64,000 bases of DNA from Octopus vulgaris. Its lineage: Eukaryota. Under the pieces are notes generated by a model. The model was not told the origin of the DNA. It searched no databases and saw only the letters and a list, made by a program, of their open reading frames with translations. Positions 39,219 to 53,889 of this stretch are shown here, piece by piece (within the stretch, counting starts at the first letter, position 1; each line of letters starts with the position of its first letter). The stretch spans positions 2,666,001-2,730,000 of the forward strand of contig OX597828.1 in NCBI GenBank assembly GCA_951406725.2. Reading direction: 5' to 3'. Position numbers and translations under genes: made by a program.

Positions 39219-41104
39219 TAAAGTAAGAATTGCGTATTGACTTCGACAAATGTAAAGGATTACAGTTAAATACCACGGGTGTTTAGGCCGAAGATCTAAC
39301 GATTCTACCTTTAGGTCTGTGGGGAACATTAGCAACTGATGGCTCAACAGTGAATTCAAATCGAATTTGATTCTTTGTCTTTTTAAGCTAAATCCTTAAG
39401 TCTACATTTCCTCAATTTATCTAAGATTTTACAAGAAAAAATTATCACTAATTGGACTGAATCCTATCTTAGCTCTTCACTTGCTTCAGAAACCAGCGTT
39501 TCGAAGGAAAAGAAACGCAAATCCAAAGAAACAAGTGAATGCAAAGAATGGTTTGCGGCCTCACTTCGTCCGGTTCGCCGACTTTATTGAATGTGACGTT
39601 GTTAACCACTTTTCTTTTTTTTTTCTTCTTATCTTTGGGTCTCAAACAATAAAATCTACCAAGGAAAAAAACAGAGCAAAAGTTTAATTCTTGCAATGAC
39701 CTCAAAAGAGTTAATGTTTCATTTTAATTTTTTAAAAAGTGACATTCATTCACCATTAACTAATTAATGTTTCCTCAGGTGCAATATTTTAAGCAGTAAA
39801 TATTTTTCGCCTTCTCAGAATGATCGAATAATAGAGATTCCTATGCTATTGCAAAATAATCGATTCTAAGAAAAGAGAGATGACAAAAAAGTGTATCTGT
39901 GTTTTTAGAAATAGCGGGTAAACCAGTTGGCACTCCGAAATCACAATCGTCTCCATTCAAGCGAACTAAAAATGCTTAAACCCTTTTCTTGTATGCCGTG
40001 TCATATATTACAGAGATTCGAAAAATTGTAAAAAAAATTAAACTATTTTTTCTGACCTTGTGCAATCACAGTTTCGTATTCTTTTAAATATGCGTGGTTC
40101 ATAAGACAGAAAATATCTCCAATCCAGCCTGCCTCCAAAAACGTTTACCGACTCCTGTTCACCGTTGACAAAAACAGCTGAAAAAAATTAGACGTTTATT
40201 TACTGTGAAAACCTGAAGTTCTAATGCTTTGAAAAGGACCCTTCTTCGAAGAAAATAAGCGTTGTTTGAAAGATCAGAACTTATCTCAGCCCACAATACA
40301 CGGACGAACTTATTCAATTGTAGGAATTTCAAGCGTATAGTCCGTTCCTTCAAATTCATAAAATGATTTTTTTTTTAAACAGTGTAGCCGGTCATGTGGA
40401 CCCTATACCTTACTGTTGTGTGTTAAGTCTCGCCAGAGTATAGTTTCCAGGAAAACCAAATTCACTACTTGTTCTTTTATTCTGTAGCGATTTCTGTAGC
40501 CATTTCGCTTCATTAATGTCACTAATGCTATTTGGGAAAGACATGAACTTTGTAACTGACAACCTTTTCATCACTGCTGTTGTGGTGTTGGTTATTTGCA
40601 TTTAATTCACAGCTGGGTGCGACCACCTTCGTGTGTCTGGCAGTAGAAGACTATCACTAGTTACTGCTAAACATGAGCTAAAACAGTTGTGATGAAAAGA
40701 AAAGGTTAGAAAGAGTGGGAAAGGCTGAACAGGATTGAATAGAGGAAAAGGGAAATAATGAAACCGAGATAATCATGCTTATCCATTCACACTCGTATTT
40801 CACGATCGCTCTTACGTAAACACTTTTTTTTTTTTACACTCACTTTTTATTACACCTCTCCGCCCGCACAAATTTCATTTTGCTTTTCAAAAACCTCCAG
40901 CAAATCTTCCCTCTCCTTCTTACATTCTTTGTCTTTCTCCTTGTCGCTCACTCCTCGCTTTTTCTCCTTTACATTTCAAACCCACACTCACCTTTATGAA
41001 CCTGGACACTCCTTCGTGTAAATAAGCTTCGCTTGTTAGTTACATACGCTCATTTGAGCGCGTATCCATTCACTGATACATATACATACACACAATAAAA
41101 CTTA

Positions 41105-41420
41105 ATATTTTGGCACAAAGCCAGCAATTTCGGGGAAGCGGTTAAGTCTATTACTTCGACCCCAGTACTCACTGGTACTTATTTTATCGACCTGAAAGGA
41201 TAGAAGACAAAGTTAATATTGCACCACCTATCTGTTTTTCGTTCCTTCTTTTACATATATACATTCGTATATCATATTCTATCAACTAGGGGCACAAGGC
41301 CTGAAATTTTGTGGGAGGGGCTAAGACGATTACATCGATCCAGTATATGGCTGCTTATTTTATCGACCCCGAAAAGATGAAAGGCAAAGTTGACCCCAAG
41401 CGGAATTTGAACTCAGAACG
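41105..41420 (-). mobile_element. Two partial SINE family B copies
   Basis: TTATTTTATCGACC..GAAAGGAT core at about 41180 and about 41360. Confidence 0.7.
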
Positions 41421-41462
41421 TACTCATATAACATATCAAAGAGTTCGCTGTTCACAGACATA

Positions 41463-41537
<75 letters not shown>

Positions 41538-43021
41538 ACACACACATACACGTATTTATTAGATACCTATTAATGTCTATTTATCTCGAGTTGCTGACAC
41601 TACGTTTCTTGATTTATGTCGATTTCTTAATATCGATTTTCTATGTGAGAACAATTCTTTAGATAAATAGAATAGGATTGTGTGACATTCATGCTTTGCT
41701 CATCAACATGAGTAAAATTAAATAACTATCAAAGATAATCGAAGCAGAGTCGGCTTTCTCTTGACCTCAACGTAAACAATTGGGAGAGTAAGAGCCAACA
41801 AGGAAATCGCTCCGTGGTGACTTGACCTCCTACAAGAAGCAGCCAAATCCCTTTAATCATACCCTACTGTTTTAAAAAAATAAGTCGCACTAAACCATTT
41901 ATTTTTAAATTGACAAGACCAAGTAAAGTTGAATTCACGTGATCTGGTGGTCTCGCCTCGCTGGCGATATAAACAAGAGTGCATTTTGCACCAAAAGCCA
42001 ATATGGGAGTTTCATACATGGAAATTATCGCAGTATAGTTTGATCTAACAGAACATCCACGTATAAGTGGACGTAAAAAGAAAAAAAGAGTGTGGTCACG
42101 GGTAGAAAGCCTTTCATGATAAGTCTACGAATGGAACGATTCTCTGATTTTCCTTCCTTTGAAGTCAACAAGAGTAAATCCCTTTTGATGGGTGCCATTG
42201 ACAACATTTCTTTGTGTGTGTGCGTGTGTGCATGCATGTGTATGTGTGTGTGCACGCATGTGTGTGTGTGCACGCATGTGTGTGTGAGTGTATGTTGTAC
42301 GTGACCGAATGGATAAAATGTTCGTTTCGCGATCATGAGATCCCGGGTTCGATTCCACTGGTATCAATGAGCCAAGTATTTCAGTTGATTGAACGACTGA
42401 ATACTCATCGTTGCAACTGACGGAGATCCATGTGTGTGTTGAAAATACAAACCTATTTCACTACAGTTATTTCGTTGTCCATTAGAGCAAAGTATTAATC
42501 ACCTGCAACTCTGTATTTATACTTAAGGGGATATACTTAACATTTCTATTAAGGGAAATACTCCCCAGTTGTGTTGTAATTCCTGTGTCGATGGCTTCAC
42601 GGGCATTTTAGATGTTATCAAATATTTCAAAAGTAAAAGGTTTCGTTTTTACGGCAATTTTCGAATTATGTTCAGCGACCCACAGGTTGCGAATAACTTG
42701 CTTTATATTGAACAGTACATGAGATTATTACTAAGTGTGAATAAAAAGGTTAGGGGCCCTATCTCTCATTAAACTAACTAAAAACACAAACACACACACA
42801 CGCGCGCGCACGCACGCACACACACGCACAAACACACAACCACGATGCAATGACGGAGTCCTTACAGGGTCACTCAGTCAGCTAGAAATAGCTGTCATAT
42901 TTCCCCGCAATCACATTCCGTCCGTGAAATGTTGTCCAAAAGACGAATGGTTCTGATTGGGAAGTTTTTGATCACAGGCTTGCTTAATCAGGGATGATCT
43001 GGAGCTAAGCAACAACATACC

Positions 43022-43256
43022 TATTTCTTTACTACCCACAAGGGGCTAAACACAGAGGGGACAAACAAGGACAGACAAACGGATTAAGTCGATTACATCA
43101 ACCCCAGTGCGTAACTGGTAATTAATTTATCGACCCCGAAAGGATGAAAGGTAAAGTCGACCTCGGCGGAATTTGAACTCAGAACGTAACGGCAGACGAA
43201 ATACGGCTACGCATTTCGCCCGGCGTGCTGACGATTCTGCCAGCTCGCCGCCTTAA
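43022..43256 (-). mobile_element. SINE family B, full length with 12-bp TSD
   Basis: TSD CAACAACATACC at 43010-43021 and 43257-43268. Confidence 0.93.
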
Positions 43257-44018
43257 CAACAACATACCACACCGAAAAATATTTGACAACTTCTTCCACA
43301 GCAATCACGCAAGTCACAACCTAAACCAACCACCACGCAACAACAATTGATATTCGATTAAATAATAAAAGATAAGTGTCCCTCGTATCAATGACCCCGT
43401 CGTCATTCTCTCCACCCCTAATCACATCACGTCATCGTACTTTTATGTGAATGAGCCTTACGACGCTGGTCGTGTCGGCGTAAACTTGATGCGAGGATGT
43501 TTGAGGTAAATCGCCGAATAATACAACTTTTCCATCACCACAACTACAGACACTCCACAGCTAACAACGAACAAGCTCTAGATATTAACACAGAAAAAAG
43601 AAATAGAATAAAGAAAAACGTAAAGAAGGGGGGGGGGCCGACAATAGGTTTTTAAATGTCTACCTCAATTGTAGGGCATTTTGTTTATTTCGATTGTACC
43701 AGCGCATGTTCCGGCCGCCCTTCGCTCTTCCTATTCCTCCTACTACATAAAGATCATCACCTTCCCTCTTCCTCCTCCTCCTCCGCCTCCACCTCTTTCT
43801 CTATCTAGTGACTGACGTTCACTATCATTCGTAACACAAACAGAACACTGGAGTTATGGCGCGGAGGCCACATGAAATATTTACCGGCTATCGGAGGAAT
43901 TCTCTACAGTACAGAGAAGGTAGGGCCTAACCTTACTGAACTTGTTCAATAAGTATCGATGGATAAATGTGATGCGTTGAATATCTTCCATATTATATAT
44001 GTACATACATTCGTGTGA

Positions 44019-44089
<71 letters not shown>

Positions 44090-44233
44090 AAAGAGGAGAT
44101 AGGTATACATACATGTTTATAGCATATCTGTGATTGTGTCTATGTATATAAATTGATATATCAACTTATATATACCAGCGATTCTCAATCTTTTACCATT
44201 GCGAGTTATATGTATATAAATGTGCAATGTAAT

Positions 44234-44275
<42 letters not shown>

Positions 44276-44482
44276 ACACACACATACATGTATAACAAAC
44301 TTGTAACCGAGTATAACTTGCAAGTGGCAGATACCATACATTCTCTTGTTCTCTCAGGTGGTCATAAAATCGCAACTTAAGAGACCGGCACCTTCTCGCC
44401 CTTCACACCTTTCACTTAACGGAACACACAGAGACATGAGAGCTTGAGAGAGAGAGAGTGAGAGAGAGAGAAAGCGAGAGAG

Positions 44483-44521
<39 letters not shown>

Positions 44522-44838
44522 GAGAGAGAGATGGAGTTGTCCACCAATACTACTTAATTATATTGAACGCCAGAATAATAATAAAAAAAAAATACCAAGA
44601 CCCGGATTCGAACTCAAAACTTATATAAAGGACCGGAACAAATACGGTAATGTTATTTAGTCCAACACTCTAATAATTCCGCCAAGCCGCCGCCCTGGTC
44701 GGTTATGTTATCGATTCCAGCGGCATCCGAACTCTAAAAGTCAAACGAGTCGGAATACTGCGAGGCATTGCGTCCGACGATTCTGAAAATTAACCGCCTT
44801 TCACACACACACACACACACACACATGTTCATATATAA

Positions 44839-44918
<80 letters not shown>

Positions 44919-44978
44919 TTTTATAAATATATATATTTTTATATATGTATATATGTATCTTTATGTATGTATATATAT

Positions 44979-44998
44979 TAGATAGATAGACAGATAGG

Positions 44999-45049
<51 letters not shown>

Positions 45050-45059
45050 GTAGATAGAT

Positions 45060-45133
<74 letters not shown>

Positions 45134-45150
45134 GTAGGTAGGTAGGTAGG

Positions 45151-45201
<51 letters not shown>

Positions 45202-45214
45202 GTAGGTAGGTAGG

Positions 45215-45289
<75 letters not shown>

Positions 45290-45297
45290 ATAGATAG
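44979..45297. repeat. (GATA)n/(GGTA)n tetranucleotide array
   Basis: Direct observation. Confidence 0.97.
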
Positions 45298-45979
45298 AGA
45301 GAGAGAGAGAGAGAGAATGAGAGAGAGAGAGAGAGAAAGTAAGAGAAAGAGAGAGAGTGAGTGAGTGATTCCTAACGAATAGAATCGGAAATTGTGCGCC
45401 AAAACCGTAATTTCTTTTGGTAACGAACGTTCAAAACGTAAAGTAATAAATATATTCAGCTAAGGTATTTCTTCGAAATTTTTTTTGTGGATCTATGTTA
45501 CCTATATTTTGAAGAATCATTAATCTCTTGTTTTTAAAACATAATTCTCAAAAATGTTTAATAGAAAATCTAAACTAAAAGATATCAAAAAAAAGTTTAA
45601 ATAGGAGAACCCAGGAATTAACTCCACCATTTTTTTTATTTATACATTTATTTATTTAGTTTAGAATCTTAAATTGCGATACTTAAAACATATCCGAAGA
45701 AATTAGGTATTTTAGCACATTGGATGAACTTCCGACTCCTGTGTGTTTTGTTTTTGTCTAATTTTCCAGTTATGTTTGTTTCTAATCCTTGACATGTATG
45801 TATGTATGTATTGTATATATGCATGTATGTATGTATGTATGTATGTATAATTTTGATTTTTCCAGTTTCAGCTAATGAGCTGTGGCCATGCTGGGGCACC
45901 GATGTATGTATGTATGTATGTATGTATGTATGTATGTATGTATGTATGTATGTATGTATGTATGTATGTATGAATGTAT

Positions 45980-46250
45980 GATAATATAAATACTATATAT
46001 ATGCATATATACATACGTGTATGTATATACGTATATACGTATATACATATGCATATGTGGGTACAGGACGTCACAGAACGTAAACAACAAAAGAAATAGG
46101 AAAATATAGAATACGAAATACGAATACACAGAATATGAACTTTTTTTTTTGCAAACACCGAAGGAAAACAAGACACACCACAACATAAAGAACGACCCTT
46201 CATCAGTTGTCGGCCGGCTGTTTTTCTAATCCGTGTTTCGAACATTTCAC
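45980..46250. repeat. Dispersed unclassified repeat with GGGTACAGGAC hallmark
   Basis: Related copies at about 3790-4040 (inverted), 15550-15750, 34360-34490 and 35690-35820. Confidence 0.65.
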
Positions 46251-46285
46251 ATGTATGCCGGTATAAATATATATATATATATATA

Positions 46286-46343
<58 letters not shown>

Positions 46344-46394
46344 TGTGTGTGTGTACATATCGCTTATACATCGTGATATAATAAAAGTATATAC

Positions 46395-46557
46395 ATGGCT
46401 GTGTGGTAAGTAGCTTGCTAACCAACCACATGGTTCCGGGTTCAGTCCCACTGCGTGGCATCTTGGGCAAATGTCTTCTGCTATAGCCTCGGAACGACCA
46501 ATGCCTTGTGAGTGGATTTGGTAGACGGAAACTGAAAGAAGCCTGTCGTATATATGA

Positions 46558-46597
<40 letters not shown>

Positions 46598-46812
46598 TTG
46601 TGTGCCTGTGTTTGCCCCCCAACATCGCTTGACAACCGATGCTGGTGTGTTTACGTCCCCGTCACTTAGCGGTTCGGCAAAAGGGACCGATAGAATAAGT
46701 ACTAGGCTTACAAAGAATAAGTCCCGGGGTCGATTTGCTCGACTAAAGGCGGTGCTCCAGCATGGCCGCAGTCAAATGACTGAAACAAGTAAAAGAGTAA
46801 AAGAGTAAAGAG
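46395..46812 (+). mobile_element. SINE family A, near full length
   Basis: Head, CORE-like segment, (TG)n, tail, and terminal (AAAAGAGT)n repeats. Confidence 0.92.
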
Positions 46813-47064
46813 CATATCTACCCACACGCACACACACACATGTAGGTGTGAGTGTGTATGTGTGTATGTTTATCGATGGTCTGAAAATATTTGTCAACCA
46901 TCCTCACCTGCATAAATATACATTTCTCCCTTTGTGTATGCGTGTGTGCATTAACGTTTTGACCAAAAAGAGATCGGCTCGTTCTTTCTTATTTCTATGT
47001 CCCTCGACAATTCTTCATATAATCCTATCTTGACGCTAAACCCTGTTCACTGAACACACACACA

Positions 47065-47113
<49 letters not shown>

Positions 47114-47593
47114 GTATGTATAGACATGTGTATATATGCATGAGTGCATATATGTATATGTATATATAATAGCCGATTGAATGTTGCACTCGGTATAATA
47201 CACAATCAATAGCGGCCATGCGACAATTTCCTTCTGTTTATGAACCACGTTGCACATGCGTGCCGCTGCGTGTATATTTATATACATCACTTGTATGTGT
47301 ATATGAAGGAGTAGAACGGTGGATTGGAGGAGCATCGGGTTAAATACCAGGTTGTGTTACGTCCCTTTATAAGTTCGAATCTCGTCGATGTCGACTTCAC
47401 GTTTGATCCTGGCGGAGGTCGACGAAATACGAGTCTAACATTGGAATTAGAATGATCGACTGTTCCATCCCCAGCCAAACTCGCCAACATTTCTGGCTGT
47501 GTGTCCCTCTGTAAGGGATCCTTGTGTGTGTATTTGCGTATGTTCATATTTGTTTGTATGTGCTCACGTGAGTCTTGTATGTGAGTGTTTATA

Positions 47594-47658
<65 letters not shown>

Positions 47659-49815
47659 ATATATATATATATATATATAGCCACCAAGTCAGCCTTCATC
47701 GAGCAGACGTGATTAAAGGTGTGACCACCCCGACCCTTTGTACCTCAGTGACTACATTGTCCAGAGCCTCATTTGAAAATTTGACTGCTGTTTCTAGCAG
47801 ACCATTCCACCATTCGACCATGTAAATATGTTTGTTTGTAGGTTCATTAACAAGTGTCAATTTAAATATCGTTTATGTTTGTGTATTTGTGTGTGGGTGG
47901 GGGTGGGGGTGGGGGTTAGATTGTGGGTCATAGTATTGGATGAGCGCTTCTATTTATTCCTCGACTTTTTTTGTCTATCTCTGCCTGATGTGTCTATCAA
48001 CATAATGTTTGTTACTGTATGTCAGTCTTTAATCATGTGTCTCTGTCTCCACCTCTATCTCTTTCTTCCACTCAACCTCTCTCTCCCTCTATCTCTCCTC
48101 CTCCCCCCTCTCACTCTGATGTCGTTTTGATTGATCAACCACACGTGCTTAAATACAGTAAACATAAGACTGTAAGCTGTTAGAGGCGTATCTCCGAACT
48201 AAAATACACATTATTATTGTTATTACTCGTTTCGTCTCAATGTTTTTGAATAATGTGTAGAACTCCTCGTTCCATCAAAAATACCAGTAACAAACACATT
48301 TCGTGACATTCGACAAATACATTATCCTACGAAAACTGGCTTTCTGCCCAAGTCTGCCTCTACCGCATGGACCTAGTCACAACTACAACACGGTAAATAG
48401 CGTCTGCTTTACAGAATTAAATCTACATAGCTGTTAATACACACACGCACACACTTTCATACACGTCCATATACAAACATATACACATTCTCGCACAAAC
48501 ACACTCGCATTTACATACGAACGCGCGCGCACACATTTACACACACACACACAAACACACACACACGCACACACAACTCTATAGATGCAACCAGTTAATC
48601 GAATTGTATTGAAATCTTTTCGAAATAGATTTTTTTTGGCTTAAGAAGAAGTATTTTGTTGGGATAAACCTAACAGACGAGTATTTCCACTGTGTAGTAC
48701 ACTTTCCGTTATACTACAGTGTACACCCTGCTGTCTGTTATAATTTTACGAGCATGCGGTATTTCTGTCCGTTTATTCTGGTATTTCTATGAGAATATGT
48801 GAATAAGAGGGCATGTTTTGATCAATTGTATATTTATATATAACCCACGTGTTCGATATGTGTGTGTGCGTGCGCGCGTGCCTCCCTTTTATTTCACACA
48901 CCCTCAGACTTGTGTAGTAAAAATAAAAATGTATATGTAAATGAGTGTGTAGTTAGATTCGTAGCTTTACACATCAGTATCCATCAATGTGCGTGTTGAT
49001 GACTAAATACAATGTAGGCGTGTATAAAAAAATACGCGCGCGCACACACACATACAGGTATACAATAAAAGAAATATTACGTTCCTCATCTAACATATAT
49101 ATGTATAAACGTGTAAGTCTGTGTGTGTGCATATTTAAGTATTATGCTACGATAATCGTTTTTTGGGGAAAGTAAGTAGATCTATGCTCTCTTATAAGCA
49201 TGTGCAGAAATATGTGTGTTCTTAGATGTGTATGCCTATATTTATGCATGTATATGTATATGTGAGTATATATGTATTGGTTATGTATTGTGCTTTGGCG
49301 ACATTTTAGTAAGTTATTTATAGAAACACGCCCTGCCGTCGTTGCAGTCCGTTTATCTGACCCAATAATTATACCCCAGTCGTTGAATAAATCTGGTTTT
49401 AGCGAATTACATCGATGCCACCATTCACACACAATCTTTTCAAAAATGTTTTAAAGGCTTTCATTATCTCTTTCACCACTCACAGACTCGTGCTCTGCTT
49501 CCGTGCACCCCCACCCCCTTATTATAATGGTGCATTCGTTATTATCAGCACTTAAGCATAAACATAAACACACATGCACACAACACACACGTGTATGTAC
49601 AGACATATATCCATATAGACCACAATGGAGACTATAAATAGACTTTCTCACACTGACAAATGCAGAAACGCGTCAGTAGCCAATCTCATGCGAAGCAATT
49701 CACATTTCCACATAGATTCACAGTAACTTCCAGACGCAGAAACATGCAAATTTTCTCTTCCACGCATTTATTTTCCTCCCACCTTCCCTTCCACATCCCT
49801 CTCTTTCATCATGTG

Positions 49816-49916
<101 letters not shown>

Positions 49917-50029
49917 CTATCTGTCTATCTATCTCTGTCTGTCTATCTATCTGTCTGTCTATCTGTCTGTCTGTGTGTCTATCTATCTTTCTATGTAGCT
50001 ATCTATCTATCTATTTATATAGCTATCTA

Positions 50030-50091
<62 letters not shown>

Positions 50092-50184
50092 TAGATAGAT
50101 AGATAGATAGCTATATAAATAGATAGATAGATATATATAAACATGCATCTGTCTGAATGGTAGGGGACTTTGTAAATATATATA

Positions 50185-50215
<31 letters not shown>

Positions 50216-51153
50216 GTATACCTCACGCATATGTATATATAAATGTGTATTTGAGTGCACACACATGTATGTATGTATGTATGTAAAACCAGTTCACCCA
50301 AACTAGAGGACACGTGATCATATGTGTGATATATATGGAAATTATGGGAACTTATAGCGTCGGAGACAATTTTCCAATTACTGTTCACGTGCTCTCCTTC
50401 TAAACTGGACATTTAACCCCAAAATTGTTTCACAGCAAGAGTAAATTTAGTCATCATTTCACAATTTATTCATTGGTTCTGGTGTGCTTTGTTTATTTGA
50501 CAAAGTATGTTTGTATGCATGTGTGCGTGTCTGTATATCTTTAGTTGGGCGTGTATACGTACCTAATGACCATATTCGATGGGAGAGCAGGAAACAATAT
50601 ACATTACTTGCAGGAAGTTCACAGTGAAACCTGCCTATCCCTGTGGTACGGCAAATATTAATCTGAAGTTAAAAAGAAAACTCAGTTTATAGCAAAAGTA
50701 AAATAGACGGTATCGAAATATTGTTGTTTCTGCTTATAATTGCCAGAATATATTTTATAGTGCTCAAACTTCACCTGACACATTTGAAAGTGAATAAATA
50801 GTAAACTTCCATTTTGCTTTTAACTAAATACAAAACTCATTGAAAGAGCCATAATACATTTCACAACAAAGATCCTTAAAATTGTCAATAAGCCTGCTAT
50901 ATGGCTTTCACTAAACTTTTCTATGCCTCTGTCTATCATTTGTAACGACTCTCTCTTCTGATTTGAGCTTTTCATTGTCACCCTGGCAGTCTGCGTTTAT
51001 TCAAATTAAGAAATAACCATATATTGCTAAACTTCTGTGAAGCAAGTAGGACATTGTTGGTCGCTCCCACTCATTGAAACCCACAAAGTATAAACCGGGT
51101 CTGTAATTTTTGTGACCTGAATGAGGATTTAGGGAATAATGTTTCATTTAAAT

Positions 51154-51497
51154 CAGAGGTTATCAACCATTATTTTTTTCATCTATGGTGCACGTTGAGT
51201 ACTATTTTATTCTGGTGGAAAAGCCATTGAATGTTTAAAAACTAGTTTTATAGTTTCCCAAATTCCTATTTTGTTTTTACAAACATTAACTTGTGTAGGT
51301 TGAACTCTGTAAAACGTTAGAGAAAGAAATCTCGTTGTTTCTTGTAATACATCAATACAAACATCTAAAGAAAAATTTTTTTCAGGAGCCCTTAAAATAC
51401 TATTGTGGATCCCCAATTTAATATTTTATTATGTGGCCCTCCAAAAATCTAACATGGACCCTCAGGAGCCATAATGAACCCCGGTTGAGAACCACTG
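51154..51497 (-). mobile_element. hAT (Charlie-like) MITE related to 12672-13031
   Basis: TIRs CAGAGGTTATCAACC / GGTTGAGAACCACTG, with a perfect 8-bp TSD ATTTAAAT at 51146-51153 and 51498-51505. Confidence 0.9.
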
Positions 51498-51742
51498 ATT
51501 TAAATGAAAGCTGTTCGCAATACATGAAGTTCATGAAGTAAGCCAAGATCCTTTTCAGGTGATTTCACTTGCTTACACAGATTATGTCCTTGAGAAAGGC
51601 ATGAGCATAACATTGCCCACTTTGCTTATATCTAAATTTCGAATTTTGTTCCTAATTTGAAGAAATTAATATTTCTAGATAAAACTGATATAACTGTTGA
51701 TTGGTTGGTTGACTGGTTTCTCCAGTCACGCTTTACGTCGCA

Positions 51743-51804
<62 letters not shown>

Positions 51805-51822
51805 GAGTTATTATTATTATTT

Positions 51823-52040
51823 AAGGCGGTGAGCTGGCAGAATCCTCAACACACCTGACAAAATTTTTAGCGGTATTTCGTCCATCTTTACGTTCTGTGT
51901 TCAAATTCCGCCGAGGTTGACGTTGTCTTTCATCCTTTTGGAGTCGATAAATTAAGTACCAGTTGAGTACTCGAGTTGATGTGATCGGCTGTCCCCTCCC
52001 CACATAATCTAGGCCTTGTGCCTACAGTAGAAAGGATTAT
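51823..52040 (+). mobile_element. SINE family B following an (ATT)n run
   Basis: AAGGCGGTGAGCTGGCAGAATC head plus core. Confidence 0.85.
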
Positions 52041-52091
52041 AAATTTTTATTATATATATAGTTATGTATGTACGTACTATGTATGTATGTA

Positions 52092-52124
<33 letters not shown>

Positions 52125-52519
52125 ATGTATGCATGCATGCATGTATGTATGTATGTATGTATGTATGTATGTATGTATGTATGTATGTATGTGTACTGCT
52201 ACTACTTCCTTTAAAAAGATTAGCTCTCCTATGGCAAAAGAGAATCTAAACCTGCCTTTATATTCATACTGAAATACCTTGTCCTTGTTACAGCAAGCTG
52301 TATTTCTCTGAAAACTTTCTACACAATAAGTCCTGAAATTTAGCAGAGAGAAATAGACATTTATAAAGACCCAGGTACTTGCCTAGTACTTTATTTTATC
52401 GACCCCAAAAGTATAAAAGGCAGAGTTTCAGGTTGGCGAAATTTAATCTCAGATCGTAAAGAACCAGAAGAAAGAATTGGATAAAGCATGTTGTCCAGTA
52501 TTGTCATCTACTGTCATAC

Positions 52520-52776
52520 ATACAACTGAGTGGGCAAACAAAAATATGAGACACAGCCTAGTGCTTTTTCATGTTGATAAGCCTGGTACTTATTCTATTA
52601 GTTTGTTCTTGTGAAACCAGTAAGTTATGGGGATGTAAATAAAGGAACAGCAGTTGTAAAGCAGTGATGAGGACAAAACACAGAGACAAAGACACACACA
52701 CACATACACTTACATATATGCATACATATATATATACGACTGATTTGTTTCAGTTCCTGTCTACGAAATCCATATA

Positions 52777-52852
<76 letters not shown>

Positions 52853-53311
52853 TGTATGTATGTATGTATGTATGTATGTATGTATAGATGTATAGATGTA
52901 TAGATGTATAGATGTATGTATACACACACACACATACAAGGATAAATTGATAGATACAACTGAGTGGGCAAACAAAAATATGAGACACTGTCTAGGGCTT
53001 TTTTTATATTGATAAGCCTGGTACTTATTCTATCAGTTTCTTCTTGTGAAACCAGTAAGTTATGGGGCTGTAAATAAACGAACACCAGTTGTGAAGTAGC
53101 GATGAGGGAGAAACACAAAGACTTACATATATACATACATATATATATATACAATTGATTTCTTTCAGCTTCTGTCTACAAAATCCACTGACAAGGCTTT
53201 GGTTGGTCCGAGGCTATAGCAGAAGACACATGCCAAGTTACCACACAGTGAGACTGGACTAAGAACCATGTGTTTTGGAACCAAGTTTGTTACCACACAG
53301 CTACACCTGCA
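52520..53311 (-). mobile_element. Diverged SINE family A with local tandem duplication
   Basis: 52520-52775 repeats at 52954-53190; the head lies at about 53190-53311. Confidence 0.75.
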
Positions 53312-53551
53312 ACTATGTATATGCGTATGTATGTGTGTGTAGGGGGTGTATGTGTGTATGGGTGTATATCTCTATGCATATATATATGTGTACATATTAC
53401 ATATACATCTATATATACATCTACACATACATGTATACATATACATCTATATCTATAGAAATACATCTATGCGTATACATCTATACATATACAGCTATAC
53501 ATGTACATGTATACCTATACAGCTATACATATACATGTGTACATATATATC

Positions 53552-53615
<64 letters not shown>

Positions 53616-53659
53616 CATCCATAGATATACATCTATATATATACATCTATATGTATACA

Positions 53660-53741
<82 letters not shown>

Positions 53742-53889
53742 CAATATATACATGTAAATTTAAATTTAAAATAATAAGGGTGAAAAAGTGAATGTTAATT
53801 TGATTAATATGAATTGAAAACCAGTGGTGTAGCACATAAGACCATAGCGGATCTTCTTCTAGCAAAACGGATGTCCACTGTTAAAGGTT

